From positions 4,864,001 to 4,928,000 of the forward strand of contig CAWAIF010000003.1 of assembly GCA_963782055.1 (NCBI GenBank): DNA of 64,000 nucleotides. Direction: 5' to 3'. The stretch's first letter is position 1, and every line of letters begins with the position of its first letter. Made by a program: the position numbers and the translations under genes. Of the stretch, positions 10,305-20,261 are shown piece after piece. The notes under the pieces are model-generated. The model did not search any database and had not been told where the DNA came from. It saw only the letters and a program-made list of their open reading frames with translations. This DNA is from an uncultured delta proteobacterium. Lineage in GTDB: Bacteria; Myxococcota_A; Polyangia; Polyangiales; Polyangiaceae.

Positions 10305-10306
10305 GG

Positions 10307-10798
10307 TCACCCCTCGCGCCGGGCGCGGGCGAACCTCTTCCACTGCTCCGGGAGCGGGGCGCCGAGCATCTTCTCCGCGCCCGCCTCGTCCAGGATGACG
10401 AAGGAGAGCTCACCGGTGAAGACCTCGGCGCCGGACTGCACCAGACGCACCGCGACCTGCACCACCCGGGAGGTCTCGCGGGTGAGGCGGCTGCGCCCCT
10501 CCACCTCCACGCCGGTGCGCACCGGTCGCAGCAGCTTGCCGTTCACCGCCGCGGTGAAGCCGAACTTGCCGAGCAGCCCGATCACGGCCCACGCGCCGAT
10601 CTCGTCGGCGAGGGTCATCACCAGCCCGCCGTGCATGATCCCTGGTGGCCCCTCGTAGCGGTCGTGCGGAAGGAAGGAGGTGACGATCTCCTCGTCCTGA
10701 CGCGAGAAGCGCAGGTGGAAGCCGATCGGGTGGTGCGGCCCGCAGGCGAAGCAGGGGCTCTGGGGGCCGAAGTACTCGGCGGGGTCGAGCTCGGTCAT
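10307..10798 (-). CDS. PaaI-family hotdog thioesterase
   Basis: CFACG...G.PGIMHGG...LADE motif. Confidence 0.85.
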   Translation of the reverse strand: MTELDPAEYFGPQSPCFACGPHHPIGFHLRFSRQDEEIVTSFLPHDRYEGPPGIMHGGLVMTLADEIGAWAVIGLLGKFGFTAAVNGKLLRPVRTGVEVEGRSRLTRETSRVVQVAVRLVQSGAEVFTGELSFVILDEAGAEKMLGAPLPEQWKRFARARREG

Positions 10799-10881
10799 GG
10801 GCCAGGGCGGGGATAGCGTCGGCTCGGAGTGACGGCAACCCGCAGGCTGGAATGCCGGGCGCCCTCCGCCCGTTGCGGGGC

Positions 10882-11373
10882 GTGACCCGCCGCGCCTCCC
10901 GCCTGCTCGTCATCCTGCTGGCCCTGATGACCGTCGGCTGCGATCACGTCACCAAGGTCGCCGCCGCCCGGCGCCTCGCCGCCCACCCGCTCCAGCTCTT
11001 CCACGGCATGCTGGACCTGCGCTACACCGAGAACCACGACGTGGCCTTCAGCGCGCTCTCGCGCCTCGCCTTCCCGGGCAAGGACGCGATCCTGCTCGCC
11101 CTCTCGGCGGTGCTGACGCTCGGCGTGGGGGTCGCCTGGTGGCGCGCGCGGAGCGCCCCGGTCGCCCGGCAGCTTGCCCTGGCGCTGGTCGCCGCCGGCG
11201 CGCTGGGCAACGTCCTCGACCGGGCGATGCGCGGGTACGTCGTCGACTTCATCCACCTGGCGCACTGGCCGGTCTTCAACGTGGCCGACACCGCCATCGT
11301 CGCCGGAGGCCTGCTCTGGGCCCTCTCCCGGCACCCGCCGAGGACGGCGGAGGCCTCGCCACAATTCCGTTGA
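10882..11373 (+). CDS. lspA: Lipoprotein signal peptidase II
   Basis: DHVTK, N.DVAFS, GALGNVLDR, GYVVDFI, WPVFNVAD; start at 10852 or 10882. Confidence 0.9.
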   Translation: MTRRASRLLVILLALMTVGCDHVTKVAAARRLAAHPLQLFHGMLDLRYTENHDVAFSALSRLAFPGKDAILLALSAVLTLGVGVAWWRARSAPVARQLALALVAAGALGNVLDRAMRGYVVDFIHLAHWPVFNVADTAIVAGGLLWALSRHPPRTAEASPQFR

Positions 11374-11404
11374 TCGCCTGTCACCCGGGTGTCACATTCA
11401 CCGC

Positions 11405-12457
11405 TTGGCGGCGAATGCAGGCGCACTGAGCATCGAGCAGCAGAGGGCGGTCTCCCGGTGGGCCTCCATCTCGGTGTGGTTCTACGCCTTCGGCTACTTC
11501 GCCTGCTACGTGCCGTACAGCGCGCTCACCAAGGCCCTGTCCAGCGGCCTCATCCATGGCGTGCGCAACGTCCCCACCGGTCTGGAGATGCTCCCGGTCT
11601 CCATCGCCGCGTCGACGCTCTCCATGGTGGCCACCATCTCGGCGCTGGGGTGGTGGAAGTATCCCAACCGGGTGAAGGTGGGCGGCGTCGGCGTCCCCAT
11701 CCCCGGGGTGTGGACCGGCCTCTCCGGGCTCGCCACCGCCGGCATCATCGCCACCACCACCCTGGCCTACACCTTCAACGGCGTCAGCATCCCCTTCGTG
11801 ATGCTCCTGCTGCGCGGCGGCGTGCTCGCCATCGCCCCGGTGGTGGACCGCATCAGCGGGCGGAAGGTGTCCTGGTACTCGTACGTCGCGCTCAGCCTGA
11901 GCTTCCTCGCGCTGCTCGAGGCCGTCTCGGAGCGCGGCGGCTTCCGCATGCCCCTGCTCTGCGGGGTGGACATCGCCTTCTACCTGCTCGGCTACGTGGT
12001 GCGGCTGCGCTTCATGACCCGGCTCGCCAAGTCGGACGATCTGGACCAGCGCCGCCGCTACTTCGTCGAGGAGCAGATGGTGGCCACGCCCGTCTGCATG
12101 ATCGTGCTCGGCGTGGCGGCGCTCGCGGGCGTGGAGCCCATCCGCCAGGGCTTCGTCGGCGTGTGGAACGGCCCCGCGGCCATCTACCTCGTGCTCATCG
12201 GCGTCTTCTCGCAGGGCACCGGCGTCTTCGGCGGGCTCATCCTGCTGGACGCGCGGGAGAACACCTTCTGCGTGCCGCTCAACCGCGCCTCCAGCATCCT
12301 GGGCGGCGTCTGCGCGGCCTTCGCCCTCTCCATGGTCTTCCCGCGGCCCTGGCCGGCGATGTCGGAGGTGCTCGGCGCCAGCGTGCTGGTCATGGCGATC
12401 CTCGTCTTGTGGGTCGGTCCGCGCCTGGGCAAGTGGACGTCGAAGGCGCAGGCCTGA
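11405..12457 (+). CDS. Multi-pass membrane protein (DMT/EamA-like)
   Basis: About 10 hydrophobic segments; TTG start inferred from CACATT -10-like hexamer 6 nt upstream and non-overlap with lspA. Confidence 0.65.
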   Translation: MAANAGALSIEQQRAVSRWASISVWFYAFGYFACYVPYSALTKALSSGLIHGVRNVPTGLEMLPVSIAASTLSMVATISALGWWKYPNRVKVGGVGVPIPGVWTGLSGLATAGIIATTTLAYTFNGVSIPFVMLLLRGGVLAIAPVVDRISGRKVSWYSYVALSLSFLALLEAVSERGGFRMPLLCGVDIAFYLLGYVVRLRFMTRLAKSDDLDQRRRYFVEEQMVATPVCMIVLGVAALAGVEPIRQGFVGVWNGPAAIYLVLIGVFSQGTGVFGGLILLDARENTFCVPLNRASSILGGVCAAFALSMVFPRPWPAMSEVLGASVLVMAILVLWVGPRLGKWTSKAQA

Positions 12458-12473
12458 GGTCCCGCGCAGGAGC

Positions 12474-15038
12474 TCAGCCGAAGGCGCGCGCGAAGATGCG
12501 CCGCTCCACCACGCGCACGAGCGCGAGGTACGTGATCGTCGCCCCGGCGAGGAAGGCGAAGTACCCCGCCGGGAGCGGCACGAAGCCGAGCGCCCCGGCG
12601 AGCGGCGTCCACGGCAGCACGAGCGCGACGGCCACCGAGACCGCGGTACTCACGATGAGCGCCCGGCTCGGCCTGCTGCGCCGCGGGCCACCCATCGTGC
12701 GGATGACGAAGATGACGAGCGTCTGCGTGGCGAGCGACTCGACGAACCACCCGGTGTGGAAGAGCCCCTCGCCGGCGTGGAAGACGCGCAGCAGGACCCA
12801 GAAGGTGAGGAAGTCGTAGAGGGAGCTCAGCGGACCGATGATCAGCATGAAGCGGCGGACCAGGCGGATGTCCCACCGGCGCGGCTTGCGCAGGAAGTCC
12901 TCGTCGACCTCGTCGCTGGGGATGGTGAGCTGCGCGGTGTCGTAGAGGAAGTTGTTGAGCAGCACCTGCGGCGGGAGCATCGGCAGGAAGGGCAGCACCG
13001 CGGACGCGCCCGCCATGCTGAAGACGTTGCCGAAGGCGGAGCTCGTGCCCATCAGCAGGTACTTGAGAACGTTGCCGAATGCGCGCCTGCCCTCCAGCAC
13101 GCCGGCGTGCACCACGCCCAGGCCGCGCTCGAGCAGGATGATATCGGCGGCGTCCCTGGCCACGTCGACGGCGCCGTCGACCGAGATGCCGACGTCCGCG
13201 GCGCGCAGCGAGGGCGCGTCGTTGATCCCGTCGCCCACGTACCCGACGACGTGCCCGCGTGAGCGCAGCGCCCGGATGACGCGCGTCTTCTGGGTGGGGG
13301 TGACGCGGGCGAAGACGTCGGTCGTCTCGGCGCGTCGCGCGAGCGCGGCGTCCCCCAGCCGCTCGATCTCCGGGCCGAGCAGCACCGCGGGGTCAGCGAG
13401 TCCGACGCGCCCGCACACGTGCGCGGCGACGTTGCCGCTGTCGCCGGTGACGATCTTGACGCGCACGCCGTCCTGCGCGAGCACGCGCAGCAGCTCGGCG
13501 GCGTCCTCGCGCGGCGGGTCGGCGAAGGCGAGGAAGCCGGCGAGGCGCAGGTCGCGCTCGTCCGCCCGGGTGATGGCGGCGGCGTCGTGCGCACGAGACG
13601 CCACCGCGACGACGCGAAACCCCTGCGCCCCGAGGGCGTCGACGGTGGCGGCGCACCGCGCGCGGGCCTCGTCGTCCAGGGCGCGCGCGCGACCGCCCTC
13701 GTCCAGCCACGCGCAGGCCTCGAGCACGTTCTCCGGGGCGCCCTTGACCACCAGCAACCGCTCGCCGGCGCGCTCCGCGACCACGCTGACGCGCCGCCGC
13801 TCGAAGTCGAAGGGGATCTCGTCCACCTTGCGCCACCCGGAGAGGTCGGGGTGCTCGTGCGCGAGCACCGCGGAGTCGAGCGGATCGAGCTTGTGCGCGC
13901 GAAGCACCGCCTCGTCCATCGGGTTGTCGACGCCGGTCTCGAAGTAGCTGTTGATGCACGCCAGCAGCAGCGGCCGCTCGGAGGACGCGCCGAAGGCGTC
14001 GACGTGGTCCTCCAGCACCATCGCCCCGGTCGTGAGCGTGCCGGTCTTGTCGCTGCAGAGCACGTCGATGCTCCCCAGGTTCTGGATGGCGGCGAGGTTC
14101 TTGACGATCACCTTGCGCCGCGCCATCCGCACCGCGCCGCGGGCGAGCGTCACCGAGACGATCATCGGAAGGAACTCGGGGGTCATGCCCACCGCCAGCG
14201 CCACGGCGAAGAGCAGGCCCTCCAGCGCGTCGCGCCGCATCACGGCGTTGGCCACCACCACGAAGAGCACCAGGAAGAAGACCGTCTTGGTGATGAAGAC
14301 GCCGAAGTCGTGGATGCCCCGCTCGAACTCGGTCTGGGCCGGCCGCCCGGAGAGGGCGCGGGCCACGTGCCCGAGCTCGGTCGCCATGCCGGTGCGCACC
14401 ACCACCGCGGTCCCCTTCCCGCTCACCACCGAGGTGCCCATGAAGACGACGTGCGAGGTGTCCTCGGCGCCGGCGGCGTCGCGCGGATCCTTCTCCACCG
14501 GCAGCGACTCGCCGGTGAGGGCGCCCTCCTGCAGGTGCAGGTCGGCGCCCTCCAGCAGCCGCGCGTCGGCGGGGACCACGTCGCCCGCCTCCAGGCGCAC
14601 CACGTCCCCGGGCACCACCTCGCGCCGCGGCACCTCGCGGTACGCGCCGCCGCGCAGGACGGTCGCCGTGGACGCCACGCGCTCGCGCAGGGCGCGGGCG
14701 GCGGAGTCGGAGCGGCGGGTCTGCACCAGGTCGATGGCCGCGCCGAGGACCACCATCAGGGCGATGATGGCGCTGCTCGTCGCCTCGCCGAGGAACGCCG
14801 ACGCGGCCGCCGCGACGAGCAGGATGGCGACGAGCGGGTTGACGAAGCGCCGCAGTACGGTGACGAGCAGCGACACGTGGCGCACCGGGACCGGCTCGTT
14901 CGGGCCCAGCGCCTCGAGGCGGCGCGCGCCCTCCGCGTCGTCCAGCCCGGCCGGCGTGGCGGCGAGCGCCTCCAGCGTCCGCGCCCTCGTCCAGGCGAGC
15001 CAGTCGCGGCCCTCCGGCGGGCGCGGCCCGTCGCTCAC
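12474..15038 (-). CDS. mgtA: Magnesium-translocating P-type ATPase
   Basis: LTGESLP, TPEFLP, CSDKTGTLT, PFDFERRR, GDGINDAP, NNFLYD, TGWFVESL; GTG start overlaps the ADH stop (GTGA). Confidence 0.92.
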   Translation of the reverse strand: MSDGPRPPEGRDWLAWTRARTLEALAATPAGLDDAEGARRLEALGPNEPVPVRHVSLLVTVLRRFVNPLVAILLVAAAASAFLGEATSSAIIALMVVLGAAIDLVQTRRSDSAARALRERVASTATVLRGGAYREVPRREVVPGDVVRLEAGDVVPADARLLEGADLHLQEGALTGESLPVEKDPRDAAGAEDTSHVVFMGTSVVSGKGTAVVVRTGMATELGHVARALSGRPAQTEFERGIHDFGVFITKTVFFLVLFVVVANAVMRRDALEGLLFAVALAVGMTPEFLPMIVSVTLARGAVRMARRKVIVKNLAAIQNLGSIDVLCSDKTGTLTTGAMVLEDHVDAFGASSERPLLLACINSYFETGVDNPMDEAVLRAHKLDPLDSAVLAHEHPDLSGWRKVDEIPFDFERRRVSVVAERAGERLLVVKGAPENVLEACAWLDEGGRARALDDEARARCAATVDALGAQGFRVVAVASRAHDAAAITRADERDLRLAGFLAFADPPREDAAELLRVLAQDGVRVKIVTGDSGNVAAHVCGRVGLADPAVLLGPEIERLGDAALARRAETTDVFARVTPTQKTRVIRALRSRGHVVGYVGDGINDAPSLRAADVGISVDGAVDVARDAADIILLERGLGVVHAGVLEGRRAFGNVLKYLLMGTSSAFGNVFSMAGASAVLPFLPMLPPQVLLNNFLYDTAQLTIPSDEVDEDFLRKPRRWDIRLVRRFMLIIGPLSSLYDFLTFWVLLRVFHAGEGLFHTGWFVESLATQTLVIFVIRTMGGPRRSRPSRALIVSTAVSVAVALVLPWTPLAGALGFVPLPAGYFAFLAGATITYLALVRVVERRIFARAFG

Positions 15039-16039
15039 GACGTGCCGGGGACCAGCACCGCTGCTCCCCGGACGTCGCCGGCGCGCAGCCGCGCGAGCGC
15101 CGTGTTCGCATCGTCCAGGGCGAAGGTGTCGTACGCCGTGGTCACCTGGGCGCGCGCCGCGATATCCATGAACTCCACGGCGTCGGCGTGCGTGGTGTTT
15201 GCCACGCTCACCAGGTTGCGCTCCCACCAGAGCAGGTCGTACGAAAACTCCGGGATGCGATCGAGGTGGATGGCGTTGATCGCCACGGTGCCGCCCTTGT
15301 CGACCGCGCGCAGCGCCGCCACCACCACGTCGCCAACAGGGGCGAACGTCACCGCAGCGTCCAGCGGCTCGGGCACCTTCTCGTCGTAGCCGCCCGCCCA
15401 CTCCGCGCCGAGCTTGCGCGCCCGCTCCTGCTCCCCCTCCGAGCGCGTGCACACGAAGACGCGGCAGTCCCAGTAGCGTGCCACCTGGATGGCGAGCAGC
15501 GCGGAGGCGCCGAAGCCGAAGAGGCCCAGCTTCTGCCCCGGCTGGATGCCCGAGCGCCGCAGGGAGCGGTAGCCGATGACGCCGCCGCAGAGCAGCGGGG
15601 CGGCGTCGCGGTCGGTGAAGCGCTCGGGGATGGCGAAGGCGGCGTCGGCGCGGGCCACGACGCGCGTGGCGTAGCCGCCGTGGCGGTCCCAGCCGGTGAA
15701 GACGGCGTGGTCGCAGAGGTTCTCGCGGCCCGCCTTGCAGCGCGCGCAGGTGCCGTCGGCGCCGGCGAGCCAGCCGACGCCCACGCGGTCGCCCACCTTC
15801 CACTGGCGCACGCCTGCGCCGAGCGTGACGATGCGCCCGACGATCTGGTGGCCGGGGACGATGGGCAAGGCGTGCGCCTTCAGGTCCCCCTCGCAGATCT
15901 GAAGGTCGGTGCGGCACACGCCGCACGCGGCGACCTCCAGCGCCACCTCGCCCGGGCCGGGCGGAGCGTCCTCCAGCTCGGTCGCGTGCAGCGGCGCGCC
16001 GTCGATCGGGCCGGGGGAAGACAGGAGCATGGCTCGCAT
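15035..16039 (-). CDS. Zinc-dependent alcohol dehydrogenase (AdhP-like)
   Basis: CGVCRTD, PGHQ, CARC..GRENLC, APLLCGG, GFGASA. Confidence 0.9.
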   Translation of the reverse strand: MRAMLLSSPGPIDGAPLHATELEDAPPGPGEVALEVAACGVCRTDLQICEGDLKAHALPIVPGHQIVGRIVTLGAGVRQWKVGDRVGVGWLAGADGTCARCKAGRENLCDHAVFTGWDRHGGYATRVVARADAAFAIPERFTDRDAAPLLCGGVIGYRSLRRSGIQPGQKLGLFGFGASALLAIQVARYWDCRVFVCTRSEGEQERARKLGAEWAGGYDEKVPEPLDAAVTFAPVGDVVVAALRAVDKGGTVAINAIHLDRIPEFSYDLLWWERNLVSVANTTHADAVEFMDIAARAQVTTAYDTFALDDANTALARLRAGDVRGAAVLVPGTS

Positions 16040-16187
16040 GGCGTCATCATGCGGGAGCAGGTCTCGTGCCGTCACCTCGCCGATCGGACGGCGCGTCGGC
16101 CCCGGGCCGGGGCTGGCGGCCCGGGGCCGGCGCCGCCCCCGGCGCGGGGAGCGCACCGGTTGCGGTCGCCACGAAGGCGCTGCGCCC

Positions 16188-16514
16188 TCAGCGGGCGCGT
16201 GCGGCCTTGCGCTTCACGGCGGCCTTGCGAGCCTTGACCTCGGGGGTGCCCCTCGCGCGCGCGTCGCGCGCCTCCAGGTTGGTGTCGAACTTCCCGCGGT
16301 TGTTCCCCTTGCGCGTGGACCGCCGGGAAGCCTTGTTGGCGGCGGAGCGGGGCTCCAGCTTCACCCCCATCTTCTTCGCGGCGCGCTTGTTCGGGTGCAG
16401 GGGGTTGCCCTCCTGATCAGTGCGCCGGTTCGTCGTGGGCTTCTTCGCCTTCCTGGGCTTGCCGGTCGGCTTGCGTTCCTGGTCGTGCCTGTACTGCTCG
16501 GCTCTCGTGGGCAT
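16188..16514 (-). CDS. Small Lys/Arg-rich hypothetical protein
   Basis: 108-aa ORF with host-like codon usage filling the intergenic gap. Confidence 0.65.
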   Translation of the reverse strand: MPTRAEQYRHDQERKPTGKPRKAKKPTTNRRTDQEGNPLHPNKRAAKKMGVKLEPRSAANKASRRSTRKGNNRGKFDTNLEARDARARGTPEVKARKAAVKRKAARAR

Positions 16515-16574
16515 ACCCCCAGCCATGCACGCGCCACACCAGCCGGGACGATCTTGCTGCTAGAGTCGCGCCCG

Positions 16575-17702
16575 ATGGCTTTGGCAACAGGCAGGAGGGG
16601 AGCGCTCTGGGCAATCGCGGCCCTCTTGGCGGTGCCGGCATGCGCGAAGGACATCGTGCTGCCGGACGAGGTGCGCGAGGACGTCTGCGGCGACGGCGTG
16701 CTCGGGCCGACCGAGGAGTGCGACACCTCCGGCCCGGGCTGCGCGGCGTGCAAGATCACCCCCGGCTACACCTGCGACGACGACGGGTGCTACGTGCCGT
16801 GCGGCGACGGCATCGTCGGCGACGGCGCGCGGTGCGACGGCGCGCACAAGGTCGACGACTGCGACATGACCGGCTACTGGGTGTCTCGCGAGACCGACTT
16901 CAGCCGCGACACCATCCTCAACGCGGTGCAGACCTCCAGCACCTGGTACGCCTACCACTTCACCCAGACGGGCGACGTCTTCCAGGTCGATCAGATGCTC
17001 CAGTGCGGCCTGCACGTCTCGGGCAGCGCCAACGTGGACTACACGCCGGGCTCGTATCGCGGCCTCATCTACGCCAACGATCAGAGCCCGAAGGGCGCTC
17101 ACGGGCCGCGCAAGGGCACCTTCAAGGCGCAGGGCGGCGGGTGCGGCTTCACCTTCGACCGCTGGTACACCGTCTTCGGGGTCACCGCCGACTTCGTCCC
17201 CCCGGATTTCAGCCAGAAGCCCGACCTCTCCTCCCTCCCGCCGCTCCCGTACGAGGACGATCCCGTCAACCCCCACGGCGACCACCTGCAGGGCGCCGAC
17301 GATCCGGACGGCGACGGGTTCGTCGGGTACGCGGTGCACATCGGCGGGATCACGCCGGGCACGCGTGAAGCGGCGCACCGTGACTTCAAGGAGTACTTCA
17401 CCGGCGGCGACGCCCCCGTCCCCCAGCAGGCGATCCAGTTCTCGGTGAACGGCGCCTTCGACCTTCAGGAGAACGTGCTCTCGGTCCACGATTGCTCGTC
17501 CTGGTGCTCCCTCGTCAAGACGTCGGCGGTGCCTGACCACACGCTCACGCCGCGCGTCACCCTCCGCTTCCTGGGCAAGACGCTCACGAGCCCGAGCGTG
17601 CGCGCGGTGTTCGCCGGCAACCCCGGCGACGACCTCACCACCGACCTGGCCACGTGCGCCAACGCGCGGCTGGCCCTCCCCCACGATCCCTCCAAGTCAT
17701 GA
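16575..17702 (+). CDS. Lipoprotein with myxococcal Cys-rich (CGDG..EECD) repeats
   Basis: Lipobox VPAC, CGDGVLGPTEECD, CGDGIVG; ATGA overlap with next gene. Confidence 0.75.
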   Translation: MALATGRRGALWAIAALLAVPACAKDIVLPDEVREDVCGDGVLGPTEECDTSGPGCAACKITPGYTCDDDGCYVPCGDGIVGDGARCDGAHKVDDCDMTGYWVSRETDFSRDTILNAVQTSSTWYAYHFTQTGDVFQVDQMLQCGLHVSGSANVDYTPGSYRGLIYANDQSPKGAHGPRKGTFKAQGGGCGFTFDRWYTVFGVTADFVPPDFSQKPDLSSLPPLPYEDDPVNPHGDHLQGADDPDGDGFVGYAVHIGGITPGTREAAHRDFKEYFTGGDAPVPQQAIQFSVNGAFDLQENVLSVHDCSSWCSLVKTSAVPDHTLTPRVTLRFLGKTLTSPSVRAVFAGNPGDDLTTDLATCANARLALPHDPSKS

Positions 17703-19219
17703 GCGCACGATGGACGGGCGCCGCCCTCGCGGCGGCGGTGATCACGGTGGCGGGGAGCGCGCGCGCCACGCCGGTGCTGGAGCTGCTCGGCGCGCCGGGC
17801 GGCACCGGCGGGCTGCAGGCGGGCTCCAGCGGCCCCTCGGCGGCGTCCGCCTACTTCAACCCGGCGATGCTCTCCGACGCCAGCGAGGACATGCTCATCG
17901 GCTTCGGCCTGCTGAGCGAGCAGGTCAGCCTGGAGCTAAACGGCCGGCGCGCCGGCGCGGACGTGCCGCTCTCGGTGGGATCCCGCGACGTGGTCGACAA
18001 GGACGGCAACCCGGTCCCCAACGACACCCTCCCCACGCAGTGGCTGCAGCAAGGCTGCACCGAGGGGCCCGCGCAGGGCCAGTGCCCGGCGCCGGCGATC
18101 GGCCCGCGTCCCCGCCAGGGCCAGGGCACGAGCAACAACACGCGCACCTACCTGCTGCTCGGCGGCGTCAAACACCTGGTGCGCGATCGCTTCTCGGTGG
18201 GGCTGTACATCGCGCTGCCACTCGGCAACCTGACGACGGCGCAGTCCTTCTACGCCGACGAGCGCGAGCAGCTCTTCTCCAACAGCCTGCACCCCGAGCT
18301 CTACGGGGACCGCCTCACCGCGGTCTCCATCGCCCTGGGCGGGAGCTTCCGCCTCTTCAAGTCGCTGTCGCTCGGGCTGGGCACCACCTTCGCGCTCGCC
18401 AACTCGGCGGTCTCCAGCACCTACATCCGCGACTCCACCAACTACGACACCCTGCTGCTCAACAACGACGTGCAGACCACCGCCGCCCTCTCGCCTCACG
18501 TCGGCGTCTACTGGACGCCCACGAGCTGGTTGCGGGTCGGCGGGAGCGTGCACGCGCCGCAGTCCTTCGAGATCGACGAGTCCATCTCGGCGACGCTCCC
18601 CGACGGCGTGCAGTCGGGCACCACCAAGAAGCAGGTGCACGACTTCATGCCCTGGCGCGCGCGTGTCGGCGCGGAGGTCGATCTGGTGCGCTCGTCCAGC
18701 TACACCTTCGGCGTGGCGGGTTCGCTCCTCTGGGCGAACTGGTCCAGCTACCAGGACCGCCACGGCGACTCGCCCGGCAGCTACTCGGGGCCCGGCACCG
18801 ACCTCTCCTGGAGCGACACCGTCACCTACACGATCGGCGTCCGGCACCGTTACAAGCGCGTGCGCGGCTACGCGGACTTCCAGATCGCGCCGTCGCCCGT
18901 GCCGCTCCAGGTCGGGCGGAGCAACTACGTCGACTGCGATCGCTACGGCTTCGCGGTGGGGGCGGACCTGGAGATCCCGCTCGGCAACGTGCGCCTGCGA
19001 CCGGGGCTGCAGCTCGTCGGCTACCGCCTCGCGTGGCGTCACCAGACCAAGGACGACCGCCTCATCACCGACGAGGTCCCCGACGGCTCGCGCTTCGGAT
19101 CGACGGGCGAGGCGGTGGTGGGCTCGCGCGGCTTGCAGACCAACAACCCGGGCTGGCCGGGGTTCGGCGAGTCGGGGTGGGTGTACGGCGGCACGGCGAC
19201 GATGGACGTGCTCTTCTAG
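17699..19219 (+). CDS. FadL/OmpP1-like outer-membrane transporter
   Basis: Signal peptide, ASAYFNPAML motif, alternating beta strands, C-terminal Phe. Confidence 0.7.
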   Translation: MSARWTGAALAAAVITVAGSARATPVLELLGAPGGTGGLQAGSSGPSAASAYFNPAMLSDASEDMLIGFGLLSEQVSLELNGRRAGADVPLSVGSRDVVDKDGNPVPNDTLPTQWLQQGCTEGPAQGQCPAPAIGPRPRQGQGTSNNTRTYLLLGGVKHLVRDRFSVGLYIALPLGNLTTAQSFYADEREQLFSNSLHPELYGDRLTAVSIALGGSFRLFKSLSLGLGTTFALANSAVSSTYIRDSTNYDTLLLNNDVQTTAALSPHVGVYWTPTSWLRVGGSVHAPQSFEIDESISATLPDGVQSGTTKKQVHDFMPWRARVGAEVDLVRSSSYTFGVAGSLLWANWSSYQDRHGDSPGSYSGPGTDLSWSDTVTYTIGVRHRYKRVRGYADFQIAPSPVPLQVGRSNYVDCDRYGFAVGADLEIPLGNVRLRPGLQLVGYRLAWRHQTKDDRLITDEVPDGSRFGSTGEAVVGSRGLQTNNPGWPGFGESGWVYGGTATMDVLF

Positions 19220-19278
19220 CGCGCGGCGGTCGCGCGCAAGGCTGGGCAGCGGCGCTCGAGCGAGTATCCTCGCGCGTC

Positions 19279-20187
19279 ATGGACTTCGAGACCCTCCTCT
19301 ACGACGTCGACGGCCCCATCGCCTTCCTCACCCTCAACCGGCCGGAGCGACTCAACACCATCGTGCCGCCCATGCCCGACGAGGTGGAGGCGGCCATCCA
19401 CGCCGCGACGATCGACGAGCAGGTGAAGGTCATCGTGCTGCAGGGCGCCGGCCGCGCCTTCTGCGCGGGCTACGACTTCGGCGGCGGCTTCCACCACTGG
19501 GACCGCCACATGACGACCGACGGCGCGTGGGATCCGGGCAAGGACTTCGCCTTCTCCACCTACCCCGGCCTCGCCCCCACGCAGAAGCTGATGAGCCTCT
19601 GGCGCACGCCCAAGCCGGTCATCGCGCAGGTTCACGGCTGGTGCCTGGGCGGCGGGTCGGACACCGCCCTCTGCGCCGACCTGATCATCGCCAGCGAGGA
19701 CGCGCGCATCGGCACGCCCTACTCGCGCATGTGGGGCTGCTACCTCTCCGGCATGTGGCTGTATCGCCTGGGGCTGACGCGCGCGAAGGAGCACGCCCTG
19801 ACGGGCAAGCCGCTCTCCGGCAGGCAGGCCGCCGACGTCGGCCTCATCAACCGCGCGGTGCCCTTCGCCGAGCTGCAGGCGGAGGTGCGGCGGACCGCCG
19901 AGCAGCTCGCCAGCATCCCTTCCTCGCAGCTCGCCGCGATGAAGCTGATCGTCAATCAGGCCTACGAGAACATGGGGCTGGCCTCCACGCAGGTGCTCGG
20001 CCCCATCCTGGACGGGCTGATGCGCAACACGCCCGACGCGCGCCGCTTCATCGAGCGCGCGGAGAAGGAGGGTGTCGGCAAGCTGGTACCCGAGCGCGAT
20101 CGCGCCTTCGGCGACTACTCGGCCGCGCCGCCGGAGGAGCGGCCGGATCCGACGCACGTGATCCAGCCGCCCCACCGGTCCGCGTAG
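19279..20187 (+). CDS. Crotonase/enoyl-CoA hydratase family protein
   Basis: LTLNRPERLN, GAGRAFCAGYD, KPVIAQVHGWCLGGG. Confidence 0.9.
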   Translation: MDFETLLYDVDGPIAFLTLNRPERLNTIVPPMPDEVEAAIHAATIDEQVKVIVLQGAGRAFCAGYDFGGGFHHWDRHMTTDGAWDPGKDFAFSTYPGLAPTQKLMSLWRTPKPVIAQVHGWCLGGGSDTALCADLIIASEDARIGTPYSRMWGCYLSGMWLYRLGLTRAKEHALTGKPLSGRQAADVGLINRAVPFAELQAEVRRTAEQLASIPSSQLAAMKLIVNQAYENMGLASTQVLGPILDGLMRNTPDARRFIERAEKEGVGKLVPERDRAFGDYSAAPPEERPDPTHVIQPPHRSA

Positions 20188-20226
20188 GCCAGGCGGAGAG
20201 TCGGACGCGACGCCCCACGGCACGCG

Positions 20227-20255
20227 TTGACGCCCCTCCCGCCGGGGCATACCGT
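20227..20255 (+). promoter_or_regulatory. Sigma70-type promoter, probably leaderless
   Basis: TTGACG-N17-TACCGT, ending 6 nt before ATG 20262; no SD. Confidence 0.6.
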
Positions 20256-20261
20256 CACCTC

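Noticed and set aside
15039..15926. N-terminal extension making MgtA 1150 aa
   Set aside because: It is an off-frame overlay of the ADH gene; the GTGA-coupled start at 15038 gives a normal-length MgtA.
16521..16536. Sigma54 motif TGGCGCGTGCATGGCT before the small basic protein
   Set aside because: Too close to the ATG (transcription would start inside the ORF) and weak -12 element.
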